Counted from the first letter of the stretch, positions 26,560 to 40,552 are shown. The stretch is DNA of 64,000 nt from Antedon mediterranea (GCF_964355755.1 NC_092670.1:38924388-38988387), one strand, 5' to 3'. Made by a program: numbers and translations. Notes: generated by a model not told the origin, from the sequence alone.

Positions 26560-27735
26560 ATTACAGTACAACTGAGAACAGGGATCCTGCATAAAAAAGC
26601 TGTAGCTTCGTTTTTTTTTGTAGGACCCTTTTACATAAGAACAAGTATATAGAACTTAAATAAACAAAGGTGTTGTTAATCAGCATATAGTGATAAAAAG
26701 TATTTTTTGACCTGTTTTTTTATACATTTATTTTGTTTCTTTAAGATAACCGGTTTATTACCACCATTACAAGTGAATTCTTTCCACAATTTTGGTCCAT
26801 ATATGTGTATAAACTGTTGACTGCAAGTTAGTCTTGTGAAGGGAATTTCGAATTCAGTTTCTGTTCTGAGGTTATGAGTAATACTGTCACAGTAATTAAA
26901 AATATTTAAAATGTGATGTGGTAATTCATTGAATTTTACGTTTGCCATAAATCCTATGACGTTTACTTTGTAAATATCATAAACGTTTAGTATTTTTAGT
27001 TTCTTAAACAGTGGCTCTGAGGCTTGTCTGGACTTAGAGAAGGTAATGCATTTTACAGCTCTCTTTTGGAGTTTTAGTATTACTTCTAACGTGCTCTTGT
27101 ATGTATTTCCCCATATTAAGTTACCATACTGAAGGTGAGGTAATACTAAGGTGTTGTAAAGACTAATACGGATTTTATGAGGAAAAATTCTCTTACTTTT
27201 AAAAGTATACCAGTTGCCCTAGACATTTTTTTCCTAATAAGCTGTATGTGATGTTTCCAGTTAAGATTTTCGTTTAAAATTACACCTAGAAATGTCAAAT
27301 TTTCTTTTCTATGTAATAACACATTATTCATTTTTATTTTAAACTGGTTTTTGTCAAAGTTCTTTTGGTTAGTTCTAAAAACAACGTAATTAGTTTTGCT
27401 GACATTCAGTAACAGCTTATTTGCTTTAAGCCATACGTTTATTTTTTCTAGTTCAATATTCATAGTATGGTTTAACATTGTAGGGTCATCTCCCCTTGTT
27501 ATACAAGTTGTGTCGTCAGCAAAACTAATTATATCTATTTTACTACTTGCTCGACTTATATCATTGATGTAAATTAAAAACAAAAGTGGTCCTAAAACAG
27601 AACCCTGTGGCACCCCTATATTGGTGTCTTTTAAACATGATGATCTACCGTTGGCATAAACATATTGTTTGCGGCCACTTAAATAGTTTCTAAACCACAT
27701 TAAACAATTGATAGTGAAATATTGTGTTTATCGTT
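26560..27735 (-). mobile_element. 5'-truncated non-LTR retrotransposon (CR1/L2/Crack-like), 3' part of RT ORF, frameshifted
   Basis: WFRNYLSGRKQYV...GVPQGSVLGPLLFLIYIND...FADDTT. Frameshift near 27170, then SLVLPHLQYGNLIWG...LQKRAVK...EPLFKKLKIL to stop at 26676. 3' stem-loop-like sequence at ~26580-26628. Confidence 0.9.
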
Positions 27736-28079
27736 TTTACAATTTCTTTCCAACAATGAGAAATAAAGTTGAAAGCCCGACAATATATAGAGGGCATGCT
27801 TGAACTTCTAGAACCATTATGCAAATTAGCTGCTGTACATCTCACGATAAATGCGCCTACTTTCCCGCTCTCCCACACGTACGGTAACTAATCACACCCC
27901 CCCCCCCCCCCACCCATCCGTAGTGTCTCCTTGCCTGGGTATTCCGTAAAAGACCTAAGATTGGATGACTTATCATTAAACTTAAAGTTTACACTACCTC
28001 ACGTAGTTTTATAGATTCATACATGGTCCTTTTTTTTTTAAAGGTAGGCCCTAAATTAAGCAACTTAAAATTGTCGATG

Positions 28080-28860
28080 ATCGATTGAAGGCCGGACTGC
28101 TTGTGGTTGTTGCCTCCACTTACCACCAGGGGGCGTGACGGCGTATTATGATCATGATTGGTTAGAAGTTAAATCTTTTATTATACGAAGTGTGTGGTGT
28201 GCGTATATGCGTACAGTTAAGTCTTGATCTAGTATCTACGTAAATTGTGTTGTATTTTCTTACATGTGTTTACATTATACATTCAAGTCGTTTTAGAGGC
28301 CTATTAACTATAAACAACGGGTCAATAGGTCAATTGTTGATGACATTATAGTTACATTATTTGAAAATCTATTATTATTATTGAAAAATCAATCAGATAC
28401 AACATTTAGTTAGGGCTATTTTGGTCACTACGTATACTATAGCTACGCACGCGTTTAGATTACGTCTCGTCGTAAATGTATACTTGTTTAGTGAATTTAC
28501 ACTGATGTTGAATATCTGAGTGGCATAAGTACAATAAATTATGCATCAAAACAAAACGCAAAACACCTATTTATAACAGTGGAACATTCCAATCATCGCA
28601 TAGAAAATTATGATGATGGAGCGCCTTTGACTACGACGACGCTGTAGTAGTGTTCATATCGATCCGGTTCTATAGTCACGCTGCATCTTTATAGCCTACT
28701 CAGCGCCCTTTAAAGATATTACCCGATGATACTCGAACGCGTCTGACTGTTTAACACGGCGACGATACGGTGGCGTTTATACCCCCTTCTCCTTACAATA
28801 GGTATTCGTCTTCCCCTAGCATTTCCATTTAATTGTGTCCATGTTTAGCAGGTAGGTGGT
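28080..28860 (+). promoter_or_regulatory. Possible promoter / non-coding first exon region
   Basis: Rise in CpG content, GC-box-like GGGGCGTG, reverse CCAAT (GATTGG), donor-like cag|gtaggt at ~28851; link to a gene is not shown. Confidence 0.25.
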
Positions 28861-29574
28861 TTATTATTATTAATATTTTTATTATTGTACTACTGTATAC
28901 AATTGATATTCTTGTGTGAAATGTCAGGCTCTGTAATTAACATAATCATTATATTATATTTTAATTGCCAGGCTTAGTTTAGTCATATGCTATGTATATT
29001 CATAGTTTGAAGAGCATTATCATTATGCTAGCAATATACAAGGTACAAGTCTACTTCATTGTCAAAGTTTTACAATTTAGAGATGTGGTTCGCAATATGT
29101 AGGCCTATTGCAGATTCCTATATTTTGTATAAATATTATATATTGCAGTTAAATTAGCCTATTTATGTATAGGCCCGGTGTACTTAAAATAAATAGTTGT
29201 ATTATATCATACATTTCACATATGTCTACTTTACATGTGGCCTATTGAATATTTTTGTTGCATTTAAATTATTAATGTAGGCCCAGTGTACTTAAAATGA
29301 ATAGTAGGCCTATGTTGTATTATGTCATACATTTTACATAATATGTCTACTTTACATGTGGCCAATCAAAACAAGTAACTTTGTAGGCCTAATAGCATCA
29401 ATAGTAATTCATGTATAATGTGATTGTAAGTATAGTCAATGTATATTGAACCCAGGGTAAAGATCTTCTATTTTGATGTGCTGACCCGTGCTGACCCATT
29501 GTACATATGATAAAATTATAATTACTGCAGTAACTGAAGTGAATTCTATAACATTAAAGCCATTTATCACTTAT

Positions 29575-29801
29575 GATGCTTGGCTACCAATCTAAGGGTC
29601 CTGGGTTCAAGTCCTGTCATATGTCAGAGTTTTTTTCTCATGACAATTTACAACTCCACTCCCAAAGACTTAATAATAAGTCTTTGTTTATGTAGAGCAT
29701 CTTGTGTATATGTTTGTCTTGTGAAATTATTAAATAGTTTATCCATCCTGTAATTGGCGGGTTACTCGCTGTTGGATGAGTATGAAATAAATAAATAAAT
29801 A
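29575..29801 (+). mobile_element. tRNA-derived SINE with (AAAT)n tail
   Basis: B-box GGGTTCAAGTCC, body related to the 10519 copy, tail aaataaataaataaataa. Confidence 0.65.
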
Positions 29802-30498
29802 AGTAGATATAACCTTAACCACTATAGTATGCGTGTAGCATAATGTTATAAGCGAACTCACTATCTGGTTTCATAAGATGAGATTCGATATAACAAGTTA
29901 AACCCGAATATCATCCAATGAGTCACCTTGCTTTATTGCTGATAAACAGATCGATTGCCTCGCGTGTACCACGCGTGTGCTATCCCTGGTTGACTGTGCA
30001 CTTGCGCGCACGATCATTTACACGCGAGGACCAGCATATACTTACAAAAATACGTTATTATGGTGTAGATTTTTGTAAAAATAATAGTTTGGGATTTCAA
30101 CGATTCCTGCCAGCTTTTAAAGCCAGTGTTCAACTAACTTCTAATTTTCTCGCAACAAAAAAAACGTAAACAATTATTGTGATCTTTAATTCGAAGCTAG
30201 CAGAATCTGCTATTTAATCATTGCCATGGAATTGCTAAGATCCTGAAACAGCCTGCCAAATTATTCATGTTTTTATTTCACGCAAATAATCGCCAAAGGC
30301 TTCGCTGATGAAAATGAGCTTACAGCTCGAGTTTACGACTCATTACAAAGGTAATGATATTATTTACGTTAATTTATAAATAAATATTCACATCAAACGT
30401 TAACAAATGCACTTAGTCGAATATAGTTGCATTTTGCATCTTAATACACAGTTGTCATTACAAATAAGTAACATGTTTTAAACTACTATCTGACGTGC

Positions 30499-30731
30499 TA
30501 AAGCGTGGTTCCCACTAGTACTTAACGCAAGGACGCGAATTGTGACGAATAAAGCTTGGTTCCCACTAGAACGTAACGCAAGGACGTAAACGCAACGCAA
30601 GCGTTTTAACCAATGACAAGCGAAGTTATAGACAGTTAGCAATCACAAGCGAATAAGCCATCGCTTGTGATTGGTCAATTCACTTGCGTTGCGTTACGTA
30701 CTTGTGTTGCGTCGCTAGTGGGAATCACGCT
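30499..30731. mobile_element. MITE family B: partial left end (30499-30538) plus full copy (30553-30731)
   Basis: Two consecutive left TIRs (gcgtggttcccactag; agcttggttcccactag) and one right TIR. Confidence 0.8.
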
Positions 30732-31276
30732 TTATAGATTACGACGCGAAGTACCCATGAAACTTAGCCCCGGGAAAATGACGAGCCGATAGATACACAA
30801 ATCTCTGAACGTTACCTACTACGTAGGTGTTGATGAATCTACCTGAAGCATAACATCAACCTCTGTGCCTCTTCTTCAGAGAGGATTAAACTCAAGAAAT
30901 AGATGTTAGCAAAAACAACTTGTTATCCACGAGTACATTTTAGCAATTTTTAAAATTTACTCAATAATCAATCAATTACGGACGCTTTTATATTATTTTT
31001 AGCAACTAAATTTAGAGATTCAATTTCCCCTTTTAAATGAAATGTATATTTTAATCATCATGCATGCCAAACGCTAAGTAGTCAGGTATCGTTAAGTCAA
31101 TGTAACAACCGTGATCATTGCCATTTGAAGCCTCACGACGGATTTTCCTATTTATACGAACGATTAACGTTGGAAATAAATGGACTAATTATTTACTGTT
31201 CATTAAACCGCTGTATATATTTTGGGTTGATCCGGAATAAATACTAATTTCAGTTGGACGTTCTGTTCCTCTCTAA

Positions 31277-31430
31277 AGCTTGGTTCCCACTAGGACGCAA
31301 CGCAAGGACGACGTACGCGCAATGCAAGCGAGTTTACCAATGACAATCCACTAATAATCCATCTTTTTTGATTGGTCATAATTTCGTTGCGTTACGTCAT
31401 TGCGTTGCGTCGCTAGTGGGAACCAAACGT
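31277..31430. mobile_element. MITE family B copy
   Basis: agcttggttcccactaggacgcaacgcaag...ttgcgttgcgtcgctagtgggaaccaa. Confidence 0.85.
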
Positions 31431-32007
31431 AATACTGATATAATAATTAGACATATATTATGTTGACACTCGGGTAGAAAAAAAATCGTACCCACTGAAT
31501 GACTTTACGTCTCGACAGCCTTGTAGTGGCACGTCATAAAAACAAAGATTTTTTATTTGTCATTTCTCACGTTACGTTTTAGGTATGCTATGTTTTGACA
31601 TACTCAAAATGGAGTAACTACAGTTACTGTAATTATGTTTTGAAAACACAGCATTACTGCAGTAACTTATTTTCATTACATTTCCATACACATCAATTTG
31701 ATTAACCCACTAAAGTTATAAGTATCATCTTCTTCCTTATTCCGATTTCTTCGACAGAAATTACAAACGATAAAAACGTCTTTGATTAAAAACCTTCAAA
31801 CGATAAAGTATAATAAAGAGAAGCATATCTGACTAGACAGCCTGTGAAGTACTAGATTTACGTAATTATGTGTAATATGGCGCCGAAAATAATCAGCTGC
31901 GGTAGATTGTCTGCTGCGAAATGAAATTTTATATTGTTTCAATTAATCTACTCTGTTTTATGAATAAATCGTATGTAATTTTACGATTTTTCGGACCCAT
32001 ACCAGCA

Positions 32008-32130
32008 TAGACTTTCCCCCAAGTCTGTAGCATAGTTTGACAAACATCGCAACGCAAAAGTAGTATACGTATGAAACGCCATATGTGCCAAAATAGTTAT
32101 TTTTTTACTAATATTAAGTCAAAACTCTTC
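32008..32130 (+). repeat. Interspersed repeat family D fragment (TAGACTT(G)CCCCAAGTCT end)
   Basis: Shares gtatgaaacgccatatgtgc...tactaatattaagtcaaaactc with 36290-36350. Confidence 0.65.
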
Positions 32131-34719
32131 AGAAGTGAACAACCCATATGCACGCGTACGACCTAACTATGACACCATGACTACAACAATAGTACGCCTA
32201 TATAATCCATATTATTGTGTGTTATCAAGTCCATCGTTATTACAACCAAGGCATATCAACGCAGTTTACTATCTGGGTTCGTCTTCACGCACAGTTCACA
32301 GTTAGTAGGCCTTTGTTACCAAGATGATTGTTTTCATTATTAGTTATTCAAAGGTCGCAAGGCATTTATTCAGGAACACTGATCACAGAATTCCCCTTAG
32401 CATTGACACTATATTACGAATGCTAGGTGAAATCATTAGAAAGGCTTTATTTAAATATTCTTCAAGTCAGGAATTCATTTGTGAACGCGTTTGATAGCTG
32501 ATCATAACTGTCATTACTTTTATCGTTTTCTTCATTATTCATGTTATTGGACAATATGCTTATATTTTGTGAAGGCGTTTTATTCATTTTTTATTTATTT
32601 TTTTATTCTCGTTATCGACGCGCTTCAGTTATATTATGTTTTGTGAACGCGTTTTTATCTTTACAACGTCTTTACATCCTCGTTGTCGACGCGATTTGTG
32701 ACGACATATGACCCCAGGACGCGCCGCGAATTGTAGAGTTAGCTCAATTCTTATGTCACACCTTATGGATATGGCTAATGATATTCATGTTTATTTTGTG
32801 ACGTTTCATAAGGGGTCCCCAAAAATGTTGCACCCGTAAAATATTGTCCCAAGTCGATTTCCCAAAAAGTCGTATTGTGATACACCTGAACATGCCATCA
32901 TCGCATTGCATTATTGATAAAATATTTTTACAACATGGCGGACTTCTTGTCATAAAAAAAAATATTCACATTATAACAGCGATAATGAGATACTTGAAGG
33001 AGATGATTTCAACGCAGACGACTCGGGTCGTATATAACTCGCAGCACAGAGTTAATAATAAACATTAACGTGGATACTGATAGGCCTAAACGTCTACGTG
33101 TCTATACCCATTATTCTGTCCAGAATTCGCTCTATTTTGACATCTGCTGACGTAATTATTATTATTTTGATAGCGTATGTTTTCTTATTTACATTATTCA
33201 TTCTGAGATCATCATTTTGTCTTGTCTTTTTCTAAAAGAAGAATAATATTATATAGCTAGGTTTAAAAAGCAACATGTAATTTTATATAATATTCGTAAA
33301 AAACACAAAAGGCCAACGGTACTGACAAATGCAATTTGTATGATGCTGTATCTGTATGATGCTGTATTCACATATACGTGACAATACAATAGGCCTTTGT
33401 GTACAGTATCACAGACAAACTCCTTAATACATCATCACATGTGTATAATATGTGTTCCCTGTTTCATGGAAGGTTAGATTAACATTCTTGCTAGGCCATA
33501 ATATTGTTGAAGACATTGTGACTACCAATCGATGGTTTTTGTTCATTCACTTTAAACATGACCTTCTGACCGTCTTACACAATAGCCATAGTGAATTAGT
33601 TTAGTGACATTTCTCCTTCCAGAGAGTCTCCATAATGAGTAGCCTACCGCATGCACTTGCATTTTGATTATCAAATCGATCCAGGGAACAATAATCCATA
33701 TCTCCAGCAACCGTAACCAAAATTATTTTTGATAATCTAATTATCATGTTCAATAAGAGATGATATATACGACCCTTGGGGATTGTAGATTTAATATTAC
33801 AAATGATATAAAGAAAACCCCTGACTATGGGTTGCGTTATACTGTATAATCACTCGGCTAATGTTGATATGGAGTGTGAGATGGGGAAGGGGCTGTGAGG
33901 ATGTGATAACGGAGAAAGGAGAGTAATTTATTCTGCATTAATGATGAGTTATGAAATGAAATATCTTGCCTGTTGTTGTTTTCTGACTAAGGTAGGCTAG
34001 GAGGCACCAGATCCCTGAAAAGATCAAGACTTAACCGATGCTAACTGGGTACTTACACATTGATCCGCAGTTAGCTGTGTATCCCTATACTCCGGTTTGG
34101 GTGCTAGCTTGGTGTTTTTGTCTTTTTGGTCTCTTTCTTTTGGTTTCCACTCTTTCTCTTTATTGTCGAGCATGCGCATAGACACATCGTTTATTTGTGC
34201 TATATAAATATATCTATTATTATTATTATTATTATTAAATATGACATATTATAAAGAATACTAGTACTATAAACATTATTTTGCGATCTATCAAATCAAT
34301 CAATCAAAAATAACATTTATTTCCTTCATTCATAAACAAACATAAATATTATTTCTTACAATATACAATATGGTGTGGGTATTCACCAAGCGGCCTATGT
34401 TCTTTTTGTGGCCATTTTTCAATCTTGCGATGAGAAATGTCAACGTTCATCCCTGTGTATTTATGCAGCCTGACATATTACTGAGCTTAATTTGTTTAAG
34501 TGCTTCCATGACAAATTGCAGCCATTGCTTGATTAGTAGATGCACTATTTTATCTGAAGAGTATTTCATTATCACCACTGTCCGTTTTCAACAAAATCTA
34601 ATCTTATTAATTATGAATTCTCTGCTGCTGCTTTGACATTATGTTTCGTCATCATTTCCGATGTTGTGTAGCATTGGACATGTTTTATATACTAACTTAA
34701 TATTTCTGTCTGTCCCGCT

Positions 34720-34940
34720 GTTTAGCAAACACCCGATTCCCAGTGCTGTCTCTCCACATACTATATATTTCCGAAGTATCATAGTAATATTTGGTGATAC
34801 AGCATCACATGTGGTGCCTGTATCATGTAAGGTTAAGGGTTAGGTTATTCTAGATACATGTGAAACACATGTGATGCTGTATTACCAAATATTCCTATGA
34901 TATTTCGAAAATAAATACAGTACCGAGAATCGGCTGCTAT
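34720..34940. mobile_element. Foldback MITE with central GGTTAAGGGTTAGGTT
   Basis: ~45-bp inner inverted repeat (tatcatagtaatatttggtgatacagcatcacatgtg / cacatgtgatgctgtattaccaaatattcctatgata) and outer IR ccgattcccagtgctgt / acagtaccgagaatcgg. Confidence 0.65.
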
Positions 34941-35092
34941 TAAACCAATGTTAACTTAACATATAGCTTCATATTATTATATAAAATTATATCAATCTAT
35001 CGACACCGAAGCAGTGTACGTCACGTCACCCCGACTGACGTATGTTTTAATGAAACTAATTTTACTGAAAATTAAGGTACTTTTAGATTTAA

Positions 35093-35231
35093 AGCTCTGT
35101 CTACACTATCAAACTTTATGTGACAAAAAATGTGATGTGCCTATATATGGACATGATGATGTCATATCACTACCATATTTGAGTACATCACACTTTTTTT
35201 GTCAAACTAGTTTGATAGTGTAGACAGAGCT
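35093..35231. mobile_element. MITE family A copy
   Basis: Perfect 23-bp TIRs, TAA/TTA flanks. Confidence 0.9.
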
Positions 35232-36190
35232 TTAGTTTAAATGCCAGTAGCACACACTTTAGTCGATACAATATTTGTCACTAGAGCAAAGCCTGTGATC
35301 AGACAGTAACCATTACTATGTTAGAAGATGTTTTTAAGATGAGAAACATGACGAATGTAATTGCTTTGCTTTTTCTAATGTGCAGCATTGCAGTTCGGCC
35401 TACCGCATTATGCACATCCGAATATACATCTGATTAGACTGATAGACACACTGTCCATTATAAAACCTGAATTGACCAATAAAGTGGTATTCGGCTAAGG
35501 CGGGAATAAACCTGTGTGTATAGATATGGATACAAGATTTTACGTATAGTATTATCCATGATAATAGGCTGATGCCGCGTCACAACTCTCTTTACGTCAT
35601 CATGCGCGTGTGCGTGCGGATGACATACAAAGCATCATGCAAAGTATTTTCATATTAAAAGTCAATGCATAAATTCTGTTTGATACTACCCTAGTAATTG
35701 AATGGGATGGACGCAACATTGATAATTAAGGATTAAATTGTTTGAAATTCCATAAATAATGTAATTTAGTTGTTTAGCTTTTACAGATTATTACCAGCTA
35801 ACCTCGATTTAAGCCACGATTTATTTACGTTTAGCTATGGATAATGCGTCAACAACTATAACAAAATACGTCAACAACTGACAATTGCGTCAACAATAAT
35901 AATCAGTTCTTATGATAATACCTATCCTATCTTCGGTAAACCTGTAATCGATGCGAAGTTCATTAGAGTTCGTCTTATAAGAATTTGCGGTGATTTACTG
36001 TTTGTGATTGAGTCATCATGCGCTCTAATTAATGCTAATAATGACTAGATAAAACGTTTGTGATTTAGTTACTCAACTCAAATTGATGATAATTTTGCCA
36101 TTGAATATTGTTTTTATTTCACTGAACTGATTTAAACCGTGCTGATTTGAAATATTGAAATAAAAATGATTGTAATGGTTAATAAGTTAT

Positions 36191-36350
36191 TCTTGCTCCA
36201 AGTCTGTATATATTGTCTTCTTTATGTTAGTTCACGAGTCGACGTTTCGATTTTTGTCTGGAAATAGTTTCTCCAAGCTCAAGTAGTACACGTATGAAAC
36301 GCCATATGTGCAAAATATTTATCCTTTTACTAATATTAAGTCAAAACTCC
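36191..36350 (+). repeat. Repeat family D copy upstream of the coiled-coil exon
   Basis: Inverted counterpart of 37845-37986. Confidence 0.75.
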
Positions 36351-36515
36351 GTCTGGAACCCAGATTAGAAAAAAGTGTGTAGTATATAGATAAAGTAATC
36401 AAACAAATGAAAAATTAAATGAAATTAATTTTACAATAATGATATTTTCTTTTCTATTTTAGATAGTTGTATTTCTCCCAGCCGGCAATTGCGTGTCTTA
36501 TCTTCATCCATCACC

Positions 36516-37295
36516 ATGCGACTTCAATATTGTGTAGAATCCAAAACAGTTCTAGAAGAAACCGAACACAAACTAAATCCCGATGGATCTATGACTGACC
36601 GGCGTGTTGTCAACGCCACTCATCTCAAACAAGAATTACTTAAAATGTCACATTCGAATATACAAAACGAAGGAGATAGAAACATCACAAAGACATCGTC
36701 ACAAAAGCTGAAATTATACCTTGAAACTGAGCGCGAAAAAAGAACAATGTCAGACGGTTTGAACTCGTGTGGATGCAGTTCGCGCGAAAGCTGCTCACCG
36801 GAGTTCGCAGACAGTAAAGCGAAGGCAGACGTTGGTTGTCGTGAATGTAACCCAGATGTAGGCATGTTTACTACTAGAGGTGTAATCCCAAGGCATCGGT
36901 CGGCTTCTGAAGATCTGGAATGTACCTCTACCGTGTATACCAATTTAAGCCTTAGAACATTGAGAGATATTCGTAATAGTTTGGAAGGAAAGGTGAAACG
37001 TCTGCGAGAGGAGAAAGAAGAAACGAGCGCCAAAATTGAACAGGCGCAGATTGAGGATAATGTCAGACGAATGGAGAAACAAAAACTAAGACAACAATTA
37101 AATCTTCATCGTCGTGATCGTCTGAAAAAGATGATTCGTGAACTTCATAAAAAGTTAGAGAATCAAAGCATTCGTCTGCAGTTTTGCTATACAGCTATTC
37201 TGGGAGTTCAAAGGTCAGTTATGAAAACAAATGATGTGACACAAAGACGACAAGAAGCTATTGTGTGCGCCGATTGTAAGGAGGCGCCATTTTGA
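36516..37295 (+). CDS. Uncharacterised 259-aa protein with C-terminal coiled coil
   Basis: Acceptor ttttctattttag|at at 36463, CACCATG start, 780-nt ORF with coding-like composition, heptad-rich LRTLRDIRNSLEGKVKRLREEKEE...LENQSIRL; family not recognised. Confidence 0.8.
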   Translation: MRLQYCVESKTVLEETEHKLNPDGSMTDRRVVNATHLKQELLKMSHSNIQNEGDRNITKTSSQKLKLYLETEREKRTMSDGLNSCGCSSRESCSPEFADSKAKADVGCRECNPDVGMFTTRGVIPRHRSASEDLECTSTVYTNLSLRTLRDIRNSLEGKVKRLREEKEETSAKIEQAQIEDNVRRMEKQKLRQQLNLHRRDRLKKMIRELHKKLENQSIRLQFCYTAILGVQRSVMKTNDVTQRRQEAIVCADCKEAPF

Positions 37296-37844
37296 GAATT
37301 AGAAAACTTTCGACCAATCACGTCGTTGGCATACCACGTGCTTGAAACAATAACAATACATTCTGACACGTCACGATGGTTCGTCACGCTTGAGTAAAGC
37401 TCTTGAATCGTATGTTGCTTATTCTCTTAAAATTAACATATAATTATTATAACTGATTACGTATTCGCAGAATTAAGTGATTGATTTAAAAGCGTTCCTG
37501 AAATGAAGTATCACATTTTATTACATTTAATGATGAATTATCTTTTTTTTTAAATATTTCATTGAATGTACAATAGTTGATTTTAGTACAACAACATCGT
37601 CAGGAAAAAAATTACTTGATTTTATAAAATTGCCTTGACAGTATTGTTGAATATGTTCTTTAAATAAGTTTATAATAACAATAATAATAATAATAATAAT
37701 TTAATGAATTAGATAAAATTATTATATATATATTATGTACATATAATACATAATCAGAAAGCTTGGTTAAATTAAGTTTTAAATAATCCAAAATAAAACA
37801 TATACACATGTTATAATTGTGTGCACACAAAACAAAAGGTGCAA

Positions 37845-37986
37845 TTAGTAAAACGATAATTTGTTTGGCACATTTGGCGTTTCATACTATTTGAGCTTGT
37901 AAACTTGTATTTTCAGACAAAACTCGAAACGTCGAATGGTGGACTAACATAAAAAAGACAATAAATACAGACTTGGGGCAAGTCTA
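37845..37986 (-). repeat. Repeat family D copy downstream of the coiled-coil exon
   Basis: Reverse complement aligns by eye to 36191-36335; ends agacttggggcaagtcta. Confidence 0.75.
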
Positions 37987-38214
37987 TCTTTACGAGTATA
38001 CAACAAACGCACATTTGTTCTTATAATCATCAATAATTGTATGCGCAATGTTCACGTACGCGTGCGTAATATATTCGATACGAGATGAAATGCCTTGCAA
38101 TTATTATTAATATTATATCTTGTACCAAAGCTGAATCGTTATGTTATGCCAAGGATTTGTTATTCGCTAGCTTTACGTGCTTAGAGGTTAACGTTGTATA
38201 AATAGAGTATATAC

Positions 38215-38374
38215 AACTCTGTCTACACTATTAAGCTTTACGTGACAAAAAATGTGCTATGCCTATATATAGACATGATGATGTCATATCACTACCTTTT
38301 TTGGGCATATTACTACCGTATTTGGGCACATCACACCTTTGTTGTCAAAGTAGTTTGATAGTATAGACAGAGCT
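38215..38374. mobile_element. MITE family A copy (diverged)
   Basis: ctctgtctacactat...agtttgatagtatagacagagct. Confidence 0.8.
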
Positions 38375-38828
38375 TAAGTCAGTGATGAAGTTTTTAAGAG
38401 TTAGATCAGCGCAGATTATACAAAGCTGAAATATGGATAATAAATCGGATTTGTTTTTGTTTAGAAGTAGTTCGTTTCCAAGTTATTGTATTGTACCCAT
38501 TAAGCAGAATATAGATCATGAATCACATGATTAGACAAGAGTCCAAAATGACACCCATATGCGCACACATGGAGGAATTATACAAGTGATGTTTGACTGG
38601 GGTGAATACTTGCATGAGTTGAAACATCGAATGAACAACAGTCAGACTTCCAACCGAAAATATTAGCATTAAATGTGTGTATATTATTCCGGTGCCATCT
38701 TGAATATTCAATGTCGAACGCATACAGGTTGTTAGACCATTCGAAAATGGCGCTCAGATTTTGACCGTGGAGACAGTAAGTACAGTAGTTATAGTAGTTA
38801 GTAATTCGTAGTTAGTTAATAAATAGTA

Positions 38829-39750
38829 TTATATAACACCTAAATAAATTCCTGTCATTTGATTGGACGATTGTGGGTCACATGGCGTGCAATAGTACGC
38901 ACTATTAAACGATCGTTTAATAGTACTTTTTGAAACATTTTTGTGTACGAAAAAAAAAACGTCTCGCGGATGAAAAAAAATCTAGTACACAAATTATCCT
39001 ATATTATAAATTATGGCTATGTACTGTGAAATACAACAGTGCCACCTGTCGTCTGGTCTCAGTTTCATTTGTAAACACCACCGCGAGATATGCAACAGCA
39101 GCAGATATTTGTGTACGATTTGGACATTATGTACTAATTTCATTCAAAAAGGCATTTAAATTAGCTTTAGATCGTTTTTAGGATTTTGATTAATTAATGG
39201 GGACATCCCTACAAGACGTGGAATTGTTGGAAAAACCATAATTAGCTTAGATAAGTTCCAATTGTCTGTCGAAGTTTTGCCTTTCAGCCAAGCTAGTACT
39301 AGGCTACTAGACCTAGCCTAGGCCATGCTAGTATTTAGGCTAGGCCTAGCCTAGGCGTTTTAGCCTTGCTAGGCCTAGGATTGTTTGGTCGTTTGTTGAC
39401 ATAATTAACACAAAAGTAGGTGTGTTTACGAAATCCATATAAATATAACATTTAATATAACATTATTAAAAACCAAATGTTACTGTTTTTAATCAAATGT
39501 GTGTGAATGAAATGTAGTAAGCTTTGGCTAGGGCTACCTTTTATTTGATTCAAATAACTAGAATTTATTTAGATGTTATATAAAACAAATAATGAATGTT
39601 TTTTATTCGTGTAATGGTACAAATAATGGCACTTGGTGAATGATGAAAGGTTATATCAACTCGGCTTTGCCTCGTTGATATAACCTTTCATCATTCACCT
39701 CGTGCCATTATTTGTACCATTACACTCATAAACATTCATTATTTGTATAT
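38829..39750 (+). mobile_element. Non-autonomous element with 5'/subterminal IR and long 3' hairpin (Crypton- or Helentron-associated type)
   Basis: ttatataacacctaaataaattc (38829-38851) is inverted at 39561-39583 and followed at once by a ~160-bp hairpin (39585-39746) with a GGC-TTT-GCC tip. Confidence 0.6.
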
Positions 39751-40552
39751 TAGACATTCCGGCGCACTATACAGGCTGGAAACCAGCTTCGCCATGCTCA
39801 AAAAGTTTACACAGAGCCTAGCGTGACACGTGATATGAAATCAACAATTCAATTTGCAGAGATACACTAAAGGGCGTTATACAATTTCGCTCTTCGAATC
39901 TCCAACACTATCTGTGATACAGATACCAGGGAGTTCCCTGCAGATACTAGTGCGGAATTGCTTTCGATTTAAAGGTAGTGCTAAAACGAATAACTTGCGA
40001 ACCTACACGACTTCTAGTTATTTAAAGCAGACTGGAGACCGACTAATGCTGGTTATCATCCCTTTCGTGATGATCGGTGACGTCTGCTGATTGCTAATAA
40101 TACTCTTAAAAAATTAGAATATTATGTTTCCTTTTCGAAATTATACTTCTTAAGTATACGACCTGTTTGTCTGTTTTCATCATCTTAAATATAGACCCAT
40201 GTGCTGTTTTTGTATATACGCAGTATATGAATTTTACGTTTAATTGATATTGTCAAAATTGACTTTCCAATTTTCATCATGAACCAATACCAAATTTGGA
40301 ATATTAAATCATAAATTGAATCATGTGACGACATGTATGAGAATTTCTTAGAACAAAATTTTAAATCAAAATAATAGTTTAACATTTAAAAATTACGATA
40401 ATATGATATGTATTTATGTATGTATGGATCCTTCTTCATCAAGATCGTATGGAACATTGAAGTGCTAGACTACGAGGTTCGAATTCACAAATTGAGGTCG
40501 CTCGACACTTTTCAACATCTAAAATCTGTATTTTAAAGATTTTCCTGTCACG

